Sequence record: PZ386951.1
Length of the DNA stretch: 64,000 nucleotides
Direction: 5' to 3' (one strand)
Source: a phage
Shown here: one piece after another, positions 53,239 to 63,133 of the stretch
How positions within the stretch are numbered: position 1 is the stretch's first letter
How the letters are laid out: each line of letters opens with the position of its first letter
The notes under the pieces: generated by a model
Database searches by the model: none
The model's input: only the letters and a program-made list of their open reading frames with translations
Told to the model about the DNA's origin: nothing
Translations under genes and position numbers: made by a program

Positions 53239-53246
53239 TATTTATA
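53239..53246 (-). promoter_or_regulatory. late promoter upstream of soc
   Basis: TATAAATA on minus strand about 30 nt upstream of soc ATG. Confidence 0.6.
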
Positions 53247-53276
53247 ATAAATTCTCGCGGCTTTTAAGACGAGCTG

Positions 53277-53795
53277 TTAATAACCTCGGTCTTGACGTGC
53301 GAAATTTTCAGCATTTTTCAGATAATAAAGTTTAAAGATTTCTTCTGCTGTAAGACCAAGACCCTGGAACATATTCAGAACGAAATGAAGAATATCAATC
53401 ATTTCAAACTTAATTTCCAGTTGGTCTTGTGGAGACAAATCAGTAATCAGAGTTTCACGACGTTCACCATGCTGCGACTTCCAAGGTTTCCATACAGCAG
53501 ATGCGTCTTTTTCACCATTACTCATACCACCAAGAGAAGTCAGAAGTTCACGGAATTCATCATCAATATAATCTTTCTGATTACGCAGCCAATCAACAAC
53601 TTCACCTGCAGTAGCCAAATCATCAGGATGACGGTTATATTCAGGTTTATCTTTAGCTAAACGAATCTGCAGAGATTTCTGCATGTCAAGCATTACCTGC
53701 AGCGGGTCTTTTTCATCACCGAGAATATCCCAATATTCATTTTGAGCTTTATCAGCGCCTTCAATCAGTTGTGAACATTCGTTAAAGTAAGCCAT
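53277..53795 (-). CDS. 56: dCTPase/dCDPase gp56 (MazG-like, 171 aa from MAYF)
   Basis: size, position next to dam/soc. Confidence 0.8.
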   Translation of the reverse strand: MAYFNECSQLIEGADKAQNEYWDILGDEKDPLQVMLDMQKSLQIRLAKDKPEYNRHPDDLATAGEVVDWLRNQKDYIDDEFRELLTSLGGMSNGEKDASAVWKPWKSQHGERRETLITDLSPQDQLEIKFEMIDILHFVLNMFQGLGLTAEEIFKLYYLKNAENFARQDRGY

Positions 53796-53855
53796 TATTT
53801 TTCCTTTCAATTCATCAATAAGTTAAATAATTATATCATTTGAGTATGTAAGCAA

Positions 53856-55195
<1,340 letters not shown>

Positions 55196-55217
55196 TATAT
55201 CATCCTCAGCAATTTAT

Positions 55218-55251
55218 TTTATAATACCATAACAAGCTGAGAAAGTAAACA
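55218..55251 (-). promoter_or_regulatory. early promoter upstream of the PD-(D/E)XK-like ORF/dam
   Basis: GTTTAC -35, TGG-TATTATAA -10. Confidence 0.55.
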
Positions 55252-55285
55252 AATTTATGATAAATATTAATTTAAAGGAGGACAT

Positions 55286-55486
55286 ATGGTACAAAAATTA
55301 ATGGCACTTGTTAATGCCATAAAAGGTAATAAGAAACGTATAGCTTTTACTATTTCTGCTATGATAGGAATTTTACTTTGGAATTTTGTTTTATCGCCAG
55401 TTGCTATTGCTCATGGCGTTAGTATTCCAGTAGTTACTCTTGATACATTCGTAGATTTAGCATTTGCTTTAGTTGGGTTAATTTAA
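55286..55486 (+). CDS. small two-helix membrane protein (66 aa), opposite strand to surrounding genes
   Basis: AAGGAGG SD 4 nt before ATG; two hydrophobic segments; stop overlaps gene 61 stop. Confidence 0.5.
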   Translation: MVQKLMALVNAIKGNKKRIAFTISAMIGILLWNFVLSPVAIAHGVSIPVVTLDTFVDLAFALVGLI

Positions 55487-56511
55487 ATCTTAGCATATTT
55501 AGATAGCCGCATTTTAGCCATTAACCCCTGGGCAATATTATTTTTCATATATTCCATAATTTGTTCAGGGGTTGCACCTTCCTTTCTAATCATATCATTA
55601 ACATCTTTTGATTTCCAGGGAGATTTATCCCAAAACATAACCCTTTCTCCTGCATCAACTAATTTAGTCATTCGCTTAATAGTGTCAGGATGACGAGGTT
55701 CATTATCTAAAACCCACACACGTCTATCTTTAAATGGAACAACTTCTAGGTCTAATTGACCACCCGTAATAGCTATACCATTTTCAATAAAAAGTGAATC
55801 TATAGGTCCTTCTAGAACATATACATCACCATCTTTAACTCGTTCGACTCCATAGATTTTTGTTGCCTCAGGATAAGCTTTGATGGTGATATATTTTTGA
55901 GGAGCATCTTTCTTTAATGCACGCCCTTGAAAAGACTCAGCTTTTCCATTAGCATTATAAATTGGAATAACAAGACGAGGCTCAGAAATTTCCATTTTAT
56001 ATGTTCCCGGTGCTATGCTATTAACCAATTTAGGCCATTCGGTTGTAAACCAAAGATATTTCCATTTATCCTTTGGAATACAACGAGCTTTTACATATTT
56101 TATAATTGGATGGTCTTCCGCCAGTTTATCTAATCTAACACATGACGGAAGAGATTTAATTATTTTCTTCTCAAGTTGTTTAGGAAGTTCTTTAGGTTTT
56201 TCTACTGGACGACTTTTACCTTTTTCTTTTCTTATTTCAAAGATATACTCACGATATAAATCAGGTTCAAACTCCTTTAAATATATTCCGATTGGTGCAT
56301 GATAGTTACAGTTATAACAATGAATATTTCCTTCATTATTATCACCATAATACCATCCACGGGCTTTATTTTGGTCGGTTTTTGAATCTCCACACACTGG
56401 GCATCTAAACCGTAATTTAAAAGTTGAACTATTATTTACTTGTGTGAATTTAGGTAAATGAGCTAATGCACGGTATGCAAACTCATTATCAATCCAAGGT
56501 ATTGATGACAT
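55483..56511 (-). CDS. 61: DNA primase gp61 (342 aa)
   Basis: N-terminal zinc finger CPVCGDS...CYNC; 342 aa. Confidence 0.9.
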   Translation of the reverse strand: MSSIPWIDNEFAYRALAHLPKFTQVNNSSTFKLRFRCPVCGDSKTDQNKARGWYYGDNNEGNIHCYNCNYHAPIGIYLKEFEPDLYREYIFEIRKEKGKSRPVEKPKELPKQLEKKIIKSLPSCVRLDKLAEDHPIIKYVKARCIPKDKWKYLWFTTEWPKLVNSIAPGTYKMEISEPRLVIPIYNANGKAESFQGRALKKDAPQKYITIKAYPEATKIYGVERVKDGDVYVLEGPIDSLFIENGIAITGGQLDLEVVPFKDRRVWVLDNEPRHPDTIKRMTKLVDAGERVMFWDKSPWKSKDVNDMIRKEGATPEQIMEYMKNNIAQGLMAKMRLSKYAKI

Positions 56512-56513
56512 TT

Positions 56514-56678
56514 TTACTCTTCTTTTTCTTTAGATTCCTCTTTTTTCTTTTTAGGAATCTGTTCAGGACCTTTATTTACTACAGCGCCTGATGTTGTTCC
56601 AGTAGAGATATTTTCAGGACTACCACCTGAATCTCCAGCGACCATATCTTCTTTGATAAATTCTTTATATGTTTTCAT
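56514..56678 (-). CDS. small hydrophilic protein (54 aa), below cutoff
   Basis: AGAGG SD; Lys/Glu-rich C-terminus; stop next to gene 61 ATG. Confidence 0.45.
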   Translation of the reverse strand: MKTYKEFIKEDMVAGDSGGSPENISTGTTSGAVVNKGPEQIPKKKKEESKEKEE

Positions 56679-56690
56679 ATTAGCCTCTAA

Positions 56691-56984
56691 TTATTCACCT
56701 ACCACTTCAGCGATGATATTTTTATTATTGAAGTTTTTATCACAATACAGAACGTAATTATACTGCATTACACCACCAGACTTAAGCTGTTTTTGTACTT
56801 CAGCTTTCATTTCAGGGCGATCACGCTCAACGATATTCATAATATCTGCTTCAATCTGAGTTTCAACCTCAGTCTGATCTGCAGTCATAGACCATTCGCA
56901 CAAATCTTTATCATAACCTGCCATAGCAGGCTGAGCAGCACAAGAAGCTAAAGCAAAAATTGCAGCAAAAACAAATTTTTTCAT
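56691..56984 (-). CDS. sp: periplasmic Spackle protein (97 aa)
   Basis: signal peptide; 97 aa; position between 61 and 41. Confidence 0.75.
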   Translation of the reverse strand: MKKFVFAAIFALASCAAQPAMAGYDKDLCEWSMTADQTEVETQIEADIMNIVERDRPEMKAEVQKQLKSGGVMQYNYVLYCDKNFNNKNIIAEVVGE

Positions 56985-57044
56985 GATAATCTCCTCAGTA
57001 GTTTATGTTTATATAGTATCTCAATTTCCAACAAAAGTAAACAG

Positions 57045-57302
57045 TTATTTTAAAACTTCTGCATAATCACATGTTACAAACTGTTTCTCTAGCTTGACGA
57101 TTTTACGAAAGTATCTTTTGCATTGACGAATCTGCCGCTTCGTAGGACGTACAGCAAACTTAATAAATTCCACTCGACCAAATGGAGGACTTTCTTCTGC
57201 TGGAATATCTAACACCAATTCCCACGTATCCGCAATAAGTGCCTTGAATTGAGTATTTTTCCTAACATTATACGGAGTAGGTTTAAATAAAACAATATGC
57301 AT
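57045..57302 (-). CDS. hypothetical protein (85 aa), 61.4-like
   Basis: ORF between sp and dmd. Confidence 0.5.
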   Translation of the reverse strand: MHIVLFKPTPYNVRKNTQFKALIADTWELVLDIPAEESPPFGRVEFIKFAVRPTKRQIRQCKRYFRKIVKLEKQFVTCDYAEVLK

Positions 57303-57303
57303 A

Positions 57304-57486
57304 TTATCCTCGGCAATCTACTTCATATACTTTCTTGTCATCAATGAAAGCTTTAACTAATGCTTTATTAACTTCAGCATATTGCGTAGTAGCCCATTGA
57401 ACGTCATCTTTCATCATTGTGATTTCTTTAGTAAACATGCTTTCATTCTTAAACCACCCCATAAAAACTACCTTTACCAATTCCAT
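57304..57486 (-). CDS. dmd: Dmd antitoxin (60 aa)
   Basis: 60 aa, position just downstream of gene 41 with own early promoter. Confidence 0.7.
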   Translation of the reverse strand: MELVKVVFMGWFKNESMFTKEITMMKDDVQWATTQYAEVNKALVKAFIDDKKVYEVDCRG

Positions 57487-57511
57487 AACAATCTCCTCAT
57501 TTAACCAACAA

Positions 57512-57545
57512 GACTACTATACCATAGTCTTGTCAGCTTGTAAAC
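57512..57545 (-). promoter_or_regulatory. early promoter upstream of dmd
   Basis: GTTTACA -35, TGG-TATAGTAG -10. Confidence 0.55.
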
Positions 57546-58972
57546 TAAAATTTTAATTCATTTGCCAAAGCATCTAACTGAGCTCGAGTGGATTCATTTC
57601 TTTGATAGCGATTCTGCTCAGCTTGTATCTGTTGTGAACCTGCTACCTCACTCACTTCAGTTGGAGTAGAATCTTGCTCAATTTCTACCCATTTTTGATT
57701 TCCTTTTTGAACACCCATCAAAAACTTATTCCACTTATTCTTATCACCATATCGTGATTTGATTTGCTTAATGAGTTGTTGTTCAGCAGCTGCTAGCTCC
57801 TCGGTTTCAATGACCGCAAGCATAAAATCAGCTGTTGCTGGAAGACCAGCAGATTCTGCGATATCACTCATGTTAACATCAGAAGAATCCCAAGCTTGTT
57901 TGCCGACCTGCGCTGCAGTCCAAAGAACAGTTTCAGTTTCAACAGCAAGAGCACGCAATTCCTCTGCAATAGCTTTAACAGTTGTGTAACTATTTTCTGA
58001 ATAAACTCTGATGCGGCAAGATTTACAAATACCTAGATAGTCGACAATAATGATTGTTGGAACAAAATTCTTTTTGAGCTTCAATTCATTCAAGAGAGAC
58101 CTGAATGTGTTAGCATCTGCCCCACCAGTAGGGTACTGTTTAACAATTAAACGACCGAGAGTAGATTTCTCACGCCATTTTTCCATTTTTCCTTTATACT
58201 CAGCGTAAGAAATGTGTCCATCATCAATGTCATCAAGAGAAACATCAAGCATATTAGCATCAATACGCTTAGCACAGACTTCTTCTGCCATTTCCATGGA
58301 AATGTAAAGAACATTATGTCCGAGCTGCAAATAATCTGCTGCCAATGAACACAGACCTAATGACTTACCAACGTTAACGCCAGCCATTAAAACGTTCAGT
58401 GTTCCAGTTTCAGCTCCGCCTTTCGTAATTTTGTTTAGAATTCTGAGTTTAAATGGAACCTTACGAGCTTTATTCATATAAGATAGCCAACGTGCTTCGT
58501 AGTCATCCATCCAATCATGACCAACGTAACTATCAAATGAAATAGATAATGCCTGGCGCATGATGTCAGGAATAGCACCAACATCCGGCATTTTCTTATT
58601 TCGTTTTTCCGGAGGAAGTTCAGCATTAGTTTGAATTTCGATTATTTTAGACGTAGCATTAAACATCGCCCTTTGCTGAACATATTTTTCTGTTTCTTTT
58701 ACTAACCAGCTGTGGTCTTCCGGAGAATCAGCCAGTTTTGAAATAAGTGTTTTTACACCAGAATATTCTGTTTCAGTAAATGAACTATTTTCTAATGCAA
58801 CATTTAACGCATTAATAGATGGAACGCTATGATACTCATTAACATGAGATTTAATTAATTTGAATGTATTTTTAGCTGGACCACTTTCAAAATATTCTGA
58901 ATCCATATATGGCCAAACTTTTGAAAAATAAGCTTGATCAAATATGAGATGAGAAAGAATAATTTCTACCAC
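57545..58972 (-). CDS. 41: replicative DnaB-like helicase gp41 (475 aa)
   Basis: Walker A GVNVGKS; 475 aa. Confidence 0.95.
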   Translation of the reverse strand: MVEIILSHLIFDQAYFSKVWPYMDSEYFESGPAKNTFKLIKSHVNEYHSVPSINALNVALENSSFTETEYSGVKTLISKLADSPEDHSWLVKETEKYVQQRAMFNATSKIIEIQTNAELPPEKRNKKMPDVGAIPDIMRQALSISFDSYVGHDWMDDYEARWLSYMNKARKVPFKLRILNKITKGGAETGTLNVLMAGVNVGKSLGLCSLAADYLQLGHNVLYISMEMAEEVCAKRIDANMLDVSLDDIDDGHISYAEYKGKMEKWREKSTLGRLIVKQYPTGGADANTFRSLLNELKLKKNFVPTIIIVDYLGICKSCRIRVYSENSYTTVKAIAEELRALAVETETVLWTAAQVGKQAWDSSDVNMSDIAESAGLPATADFMLAVIETEELAAAEQQLIKQIKSRYGDKNKWNKFLMGVQKGNQKWVEIEQDSTPTEVSEVAGSQQIQAEQNRYQRNESTRAQLDALANELKF

Positions 58973-58981
58973 ACTTACTCC

Positions 58982-59344
58982 TTAAAAGAATTTAAATTTT
59001 TTCTTTGACCTTTTATTAAATGCATCTTGTAGTTGCATTGTAATACATTTTTCTACATGAGGAGCTAACTCAGCTTTTCTTTCTTGGTCAAGAACAGCAA
59101 AGTCCATTACAACCTTTCCATCAACCCAATCTAATTTTGTCACATATACAATGTGTGTAGAACCATCTTCTAGTTTAATGACAATCTCCTGGATAACATT
59201 TTCCATAGCGGATTTAATTATCTTAAGAGACTCATTAAAAAGACGTTCTTTTCTTTCTTCTTCCCCCTCCGAAGAGGGGGATTCATCGATAATTTCTAGA
59301 TCTAAATCTAAATCATCTTTATTCATTAAATTCTTCCATATCAC
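58982..59344 (-). CDS. 40: gp40 head assembly protein (120 aa)
   Basis: size and position between uvsX and 41. Confidence 0.6.
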   Translation of the reverse strand: MIWKNLMNKDDLDLDLEIIDESPSSEGEEERKERLFNESLKIIKSAMENVIQEIVIKLEDGSTHIVYVTKLDWVDGKVVMDFAVLDQERKAELAPHVEKCITMQLQDAFNKRSKKKFKFF

Positions 59345-60500
59345 TTAACTGTTCTAGGTCAGTTTCTAAATCAGCTGCTGATTTACTTTTACTTTCTGGA
59401 GATTTAAATTTTTCAACCTTTGAGTTAATTAATTCATCGACTTCAGCTTCAACAATTTCATTACTATCAATAGCACCTAACTGATAAGCACGTTTAATAG
59501 CATCTCGGAATGGCTGATGTTTAAATAAAGGACCCCAGAATGTAGTGCAGTTAGTATCTTTTGCACGCCAAGATTTTTCTTCGCGAATCATCTCGCCAGT
59601 TTCTTCGTCAAGAAATTCACGAGCATACCAACCATTTTTAGGTTTTACAACAAATCCTAATTCTAGAGCCATATCTAACAATCCAGAATAAGGATCGATG
59701 CCACCGTCAAATTTAACATCAATAAAGAATTTACTTTTTTCTTTAACGGTACGAGATTTTTCTACATTTAGAACAAATTGATACCCCTGAAGATCAGAAC
59801 CATCTTTAATCTGACGTTTACCGATAATGAATACGGTATCAGCCGAATACATTACGCCTGTACCACCTGTCATCACGGTTTTACTAAACATTTCAATTGT
59901 TTCAATTGTATGGTTAACCGCAACACATGGAATATTTTTAATGCTAAAGTAAGGAGTAACAATACGGAATAATGACTTCAGTGATTTAGCACGAGTCATA
60001 TCTGCCACAGATTTTTCATTCAAGGCATCTTCCGTTTCTTTCTTAGAAGCCATATTACCAATTGAATCGATGAATACAATAACTTTTTCACCACGCTCAA
60101 TAGCTTCAAGCTGGTTCACCATATCAATTTTCAGCTGTTCAACTGACTGAATTGGCGTATGAATTACTCGTTCCGGGTCAACTCCCATGGATCGCAAATA
60201 AGCTGGAGTAATACCAAATTCGCTATCATAGAATAGACAAACCGCGTCAGGATATTTGTTCAAATATGCCGCAACCATAGTCAAAGACATATTTGATTTA
60301 AAGTGTTTAGAAGGCCCTGCGAAAATAGTTAAACCAGACTGCATACCGCCATCAATCGCACCAGAAATAGCAATATTAAGCATTGGGATTTTTGTACGGA
60401 TTACATCCTTTTCATTAAAGAATTTAGATGTAGTCAGTTCAGCAGTCATTTTAGAAGTGGAAGCTTTAATCAAACGGGATTTTAAATCTGCAATAGACAT
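59319..60500 (-). CDS. uvsX: UvsX recombinase (RecA-like, 393 aa)
   Basis: Walker A GPSKHFKS; N-terminus MSIADLKSRLIKASTSK close to T4 UvsX. Confidence 0.95.
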   Translation of the reverse strand: MSIADLKSRLIKASTSKMTAELTTSKFFNEKDVIRTKIPMLNIAISGAIDGGMQSGLTIFAGPSKHFKSNMSLTMVAAYLNKYPDAVCLFYDSEFGITPAYLRSMGVDPERVIHTPIQSVEQLKIDMVNQLEAIERGEKVIVFIDSIGNMASKKETEDALNEKSVADMTRAKSLKSLFRIVTPYFSIKNIPCVAVNHTIETIEMFSKTVMTGGTGVMYSADTVFIIGKRQIKDGSDLQGYQFVLNVEKSRTVKEKSKFFIDVKFDGGIDPYSGLLDMALELGFVVKPKNGWYAREFLDEETGEMIREEKSWRAKDTNCTTFWGPLFKHQPFRDAIKRAYQLGAIDSNEIVEAEVDELINSKVEKFKSPESKSKSAADLETDLEQLSDMEEFNE

Positions 60501-60577
60501 TCATTTTTTCCATAGGCATCATTATATTTTCCTCACTGGTTAAAGATAGAGTAATTATAACACAATAAATTTAGGCA

Positions 60578-61426
60578 TTAATCAACTGCTATTGGATGAA
60601 TAGCATTAAACTTATGAAATGCTTCTGATTTTTCTTTACGCGAAACACACATGCGAAGAACCTTTAGTGGTTCATCTTCTTCACCCAACGATTTTCGTTT
60701 TTCAATATTTGAAGTTTTCCAACGAGCTTGCTCTGGAAACTCTCTATTGATTTGCTCGAGCGCTCTATTATGTTTAGAATTACTACGAATTGAACTGCAC
60801 CCGCCAGGAGCTTGTGCTTTTCCAGATACAACTAGATATTTGAACAAGGCCAAATGCGGATAACCTTGATTAATTAAATTGAGAAATGCATACATATCTT
60901 CACATAAATCAATTTTTCCATACCCAATTTGTTCTGTCGTAAGTTTTCCGAGGTCATACCATGTATTCGTGAATCCATATGAGTTTTCACGATAATTACC
61001 CCAAGATGAAGTAATTTTAAAAATTGGTAGACGAGCATGGCCATGATAATACCCGCAATCCATGGCATCCTCAACGTATTGAATCAATTCATAGAACTGT
61101 TCACGAGTCAATTGATTGACTTTATCTACACATCGGCGATCATCTCTTTTTCGCATTGAACTCATACGAATAGTAGTATCATCGTCAATCATCCAGATTC
61201 GTTGACCTGCATACATATCAGTAATTGCTTTACGAGTACCGGCAATTCCATTAACATCATCAGGAATAGTTACAATTTTAGCTTTAGACCCATAGGCATC
61301 ATAATAAGCTTTTTCTTCATGTTCACGCACTACAATATGCGGTTCATAATCAGTCGGAAACATATCAAGGGCAGAAACTGCCCCTACGCGTTGATAGCTT
61401 GGAATTACGAATTGAATCATTTCCAC
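60578..61426 (-). CDS. DxD-motif glycosyltransferase (282 aa) at the beta-gt locus
   Basis: IWMIDDDTTI motif; lies between uvsX and 42; not the 351-aa T4 beta-gt. Confidence 0.55.
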   Translation of the reverse strand: MEMIQFVIPSYQRVGAVSALDMFPTDYEPHIVVREHEEKAYYDAYGSKAKIVTIPDDVNGIAGTRKAITDMYAGQRIWMIDDDTTIRMSSMRKRDDRRCVDKVNQLTREQFYELIQYVEDAMDCGYYHGHARLPIFKITSSWGNYRENSYGFTNTWYDLGKLTTEQIGYGKIDLCEDMYAFLNLINQGYPHLALFKYLVVSGKAQAPGGCSSIRSNSKHNRALEQINREFPEQARWKTSNIEKRKSLGEEDEPLKVLRMCVSRKEKSEAFHKFNAIHPIAVD

Positions 61427-62157
61427 TCACCGTTATAATCTTTTTTCACAATATGAGTTTCGCCAGTATTCCACCAATGATCAACCAAGTAAAAATGACG
61501 AGAATATACATGAAGACTTCCAACATTCCATATAATAGAACCTGCTTTATACTGACGAGTTGAATCGCCTGCATTCAAATCAGATACTAATTTATCTAAT
61601 ACGTATTTTTGCCATGCATAATCATTACGGAATCCGAAGACCACGTCATTTGAGCGCATGCTTACTACTGCATTGACTTTCTTATCACGAATCAGGTACT
61701 GTACTGTATTCGTACACATGAAATCTGACATACCATCTTTATTGTAGTCAAATTGCATGGATGGACGAGTATAAATCATGATACCACGTCGAGAATCAGG
61801 ATTTTGACCAAGTTCAGCTAAACACATGTCATATTGAGCATAGTTATCTTCTGACCAGATAGCCCAACCATAATTCGAGTTAATTTCACCTTTAGAAGAT
61901 GCTACCTGCTGCCAAATCTTTGGTGTTTCACCCGGAATATCTTTAACGAACAAGCTCTTAGATTTATACCATTCAAGTTCACGCTGAATGTATTCATCAT
62001 TAAGAGCGCCAAAAATAAACGGTTCATCTGCTACAAATGATGCGCCAATAATTTCAATAGTTTTAACACCAGTTTTATCAACTACGAAATCTTTTTCTTT
62101 TAATGCAAGCCCCAAATGAAGACGGATTTCTTCAACTGTCATAGAGTCACTAATCAT
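61417..62157 (-). CDS. 42: dCMP hydroxymethylase gp42 (246 aa)
   Basis: 246 aa, N-terminus MISDSMTVEEIRLHLGLAL as T4 gp42. Confidence 0.95.
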   Translation of the reverse strand: MISDSMTVEEIRLHLGLALKEKDFVVDKTGVKTIEIIGASFVADEPFIFGALNDEYIQRELEWYKSKSLFVKDIPGETPKIWQQVASSKGEINSNYGWAIWSEDNYAQYDMCLAELGQNPDSRRGIMIYTRPSMQFDYNKDGMSDFMCTNTVQYLIRDKKVNAVVSMRSNDVVFGFRNDYAWQKYVLDKLVSDLNAGDSTRQYKAGSIIWNVGSLHVYSRHFYLVDHWWNTGETHIVKKDYNGEWK

Positions 62158-62164
62158 TTAAACC

Positions 62165-62314
62165 TCAATTGATACATTCATATTTAACTTGTAACAGTAA
62201 TAAACCCCAACCTAAAATAATAGTTGGAATCATAAGAGGAACCGTTACACTATAGTATATACTTATTATAACCATCAAGATTAAAAGCAATGCTGCTATA
62301 ATTTTGCTTTTCAT
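62165..62314 (-). CDS. small membrane protein (49 aa), below cutoff
   Basis: ATGA overlap with imm stop; strongly hydrophobic. Confidence 0.4.
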   Translation of the reverse strand: MKSKIIAALLLILMVIISIYYSVTVPLMIPTIILGWGLLLLQVKYECIN

Positions 62315-62562
62315 TCCTTCTCTCTGATGATAATTACCTGATTTGGCTGCGCAGACTTTTTAGTTTCACCTGCAATTGACCAAATAAATGTAATAAACCA
62401 ACCAATAATTGACCAGTTAAACAGTAAAGATGTGAAAAAGATTCCTACTGTCGATTTTGACCCACGCATCAAGGCGATAAACCATGGAAGCATGTATATA
62501 ATAATAGCCAACACGCCTGAAACTAAAACCATAAAAATTGAACCTGCTACTAAAGTTTCCAT
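62311..62562 (-). CDS. imm: immunity to superinfection protein Imm (83 aa)
   Basis: 83-aa two-TMD protein between 43 and 42. Confidence 0.75.
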   Translation of the reverse strand: METLVAGSIFMVLVSGVLAIIIYMLPWFIALMRGSKSTVGIFFTSLLFNWSIIGWFITFIWSIAGETKKSAQPNQVIIIREKE

Positions 62563-62569
62563 GTTTTCC

Positions 62570-62962
62570 TCACTTAGTCAAATTTTTTACACATGAATTA
62601 TAAGAATTCACTACATACTCCATCGGAGCATTTTTACCTGTACGCCATTGATAATTATTAGCCCAATTTGCCCAAAGTTCTGCACAGTAGTTTTCAATTT
62701 TTTCTTCGTGTGTAATTACATCCGAATTACGATATGCTTGAGCAGATTCATCTGGACGAATAGCTTCGTCAAAATTCGCCTGCATTTGTTCTACTGTCTG
62801 CTTTGGAGCTTCTTTATAACACTTGACATTAGGATTATAAAATTTGCTTGAACAGTTTACAATTTTTCCTACATCAGACTGATTTACTACCGGTCCTTGA
62901 GCTACACAACCAGTAAGACCTAATGCAATAATCAAAATAGCGATTTTCATTTCATTCTCCAA
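62570..62962 (-). CDS. putative lipoprotein (130 aa)
   Basis: signal peptide with lipobox LTGC. Confidence 0.5.
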   Translation of the reverse strand: MENEMKIAILIIALGLTGCVAQGPVVNQSDVGKIVNCSSKFYNPNVKCYKEAPKQTVEQMQANFDEAIRPDESAQAYRNSDVITHEEKIENYCAELWANWANNYQWRTGKNAPMEYVVNSYNSCVKNLTK

Positions 62963-62983
62963 ATCTGTATCAGTAGTTGATAG

Positions 62984-63018
62984 TTGTATAATACCACAGA
63001 GGAACAGTCTTGTAAACA
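62984..63018 (-). promoter_or_regulatory. early promoter
   Basis: GTTTACA -35, TGG-TATTATAC -10. Confidence 0.6.
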
Positions 63019-63098
63019 GTTTTGTGAAAATTTTTTAGGGAATTCTAAAGGTCCAGAATCATCTGTTTTTCATAAGTATAGATTTATATTACTTGTAT

Positions 63099-63120
63099 GA
63101 AAAAGGGACCCGGAGGTCCC
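63099..63120 (-). terminator. rho-independent terminator after gene 43
   Basis: GGGACC-UCCG-GGUCCC + U-run. Confidence 0.65.
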
Positions 63121-63133
63121 TAGATTTATTCTA

